Shown: positions 63,300 to 64,000 of the stretch, piece by piece
Layout: the number at the start of each line of letters is the position of its first letter
Position numbering within the stretch: position 1 is the first letter of the stretch
Translations under genes and position numbers: made by a program
NCBI RefSeq assembly: GCF_009834535.1
Contig: NC_045704.1
Coordinates: 17,484,001-17,548,000, forward strand
Length of the DNA stretch: 64,000 bases
Direction: 5' to 3'
Source: Camelus ferus
Lineage: Eukaryota
Notes under the pieces: model-generated
What the model was told of the DNA's origin: nothing
The model's database searches: none
What the model saw: the letters and a program-made list of their open reading frames with translations, nothing else

Positions 63300-64000
63300 G
63301 CAGTTGATGATCAAACTTCCTCAGCCACACTCAAGATGGCAACAGCAGGGCCACGCCCCGAATGGCGGAACCGTGGGTCGCGGCTGGACAGACGCCTGTC
63401 ACAAAATGGAGAAACCAGGAGAGAAAAAGTCCATCACATCTCAGCCCCGCCCCCATAGACCGCTAGGGCCAATTAGCAACCCGCAGGGCGGGGGCAAGGC
63501 CAGGGGCGGAGGCTACTGTCGCCCTAGCAACAACCAGGGAGGCGGGAGCCGGGCGCGGCCTCGGAGGGATCAGCCCCTCAGATCTCTCGCTGCCAGGAAG
63601 GTCTTGGGAGAGGCGCGAGCCAGGCCTGAGGGTCAGTGTCCGCGGAGAGACAAACATTCAAGCCCATGAACTCCAATCGTCGCCGGCGCTTTCACCTCTG
63701 GTAACCGTTAGGTGCTCTGAGGTAGGAATAACGCATGCGTTAGCTCAGAGGCGGGGCTAAAGTGCCCTGCACTTAGAACGCATGCGCCTCATGAATCTGA
63801 AGGGAGGGATCCGACTGAGGAGGCGGGGCTTTGTGCTTGTGGGCGGGGCTATGGGCCCTGGGGCGGGACTTTCCGCTGCAATGATCGGGAGGAAGAGGTT
63901 ATTTTGGAGGCCGGCTGAGTTAGACGCCAGCTCCTCAGCTGGTCCGTTTCTCGCCTCTCATTTTTCCGGGGCTGTCTTGGAGAGGCAGTTAGTATCATGA
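63300..64000 (+). promoter_or_regulatory. CpG-island promoter, probably of B9D2, with candidate non-coding exon 1 ending at 63721; the CDS would lie beyond the window
   Basis: CCAAT at 63469, GC boxes, RFX X-box GTCGCCCTAGCAAC at 63518-63531, donor GAG|GTAGGA at 63721/63722, and NRF1-like CGCATGCG at about 63732 and 63779. B9D2 identity rests on synteny only. Confidence 0.55.

Overview
Mammalian genomic DNA, most likely a camelid: four copies of a tRNA-derived SINE match the vic-1 type I recall from Camelidae. The draft assembly has nine N-gaps, mostly inside repeats. The window is syntenic with human 19q13.2, in reverse orientation. Gene order: ERICH4 (-, 2 coding exons, 128 aa), DMAC2/ATP5SL (+, 6 exons, 258 aa), B3GNT8 (+, single coding exon, 397 aa), BCKDHA (-, 9 exons, 446 aa), EXOSC5 (+, 6 exons, 235 aa), TMEM91 (-, 3 coding exons, 172 aa), then a CpG-rich promoter at the right edge that by synteny and an RFX X-box is probably B9D2. 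I traced all coding splice junctions by hand; each gene model is in frame with GT-AG ends. The first 9 kb and 57.7-62.5 kb are mostly transposon debris (ERVL-MaLR, L1, L2, MIR, hAT). I see no wholly new multi-gene system. The most notable items are: (1) a TSD-flanked U6atac snRNA/L1 chimeric retrocopy with an internal 33-nt deletion; (2) a near-perfect 33-bp-arm hairpin in BCKDHA intron 3; (3) an in-frame TMEM91-to-BCKDHA read-through possibility that would remove most of the mitochondrial presequence; (4) a U12-type intron in EXOSC5; (5) an unusual Ser-to-Tyr change next to the BCKDHA ThDP/Mg motif. Gene and repeat names and human comparisons come from recalled sequences, not database searches.
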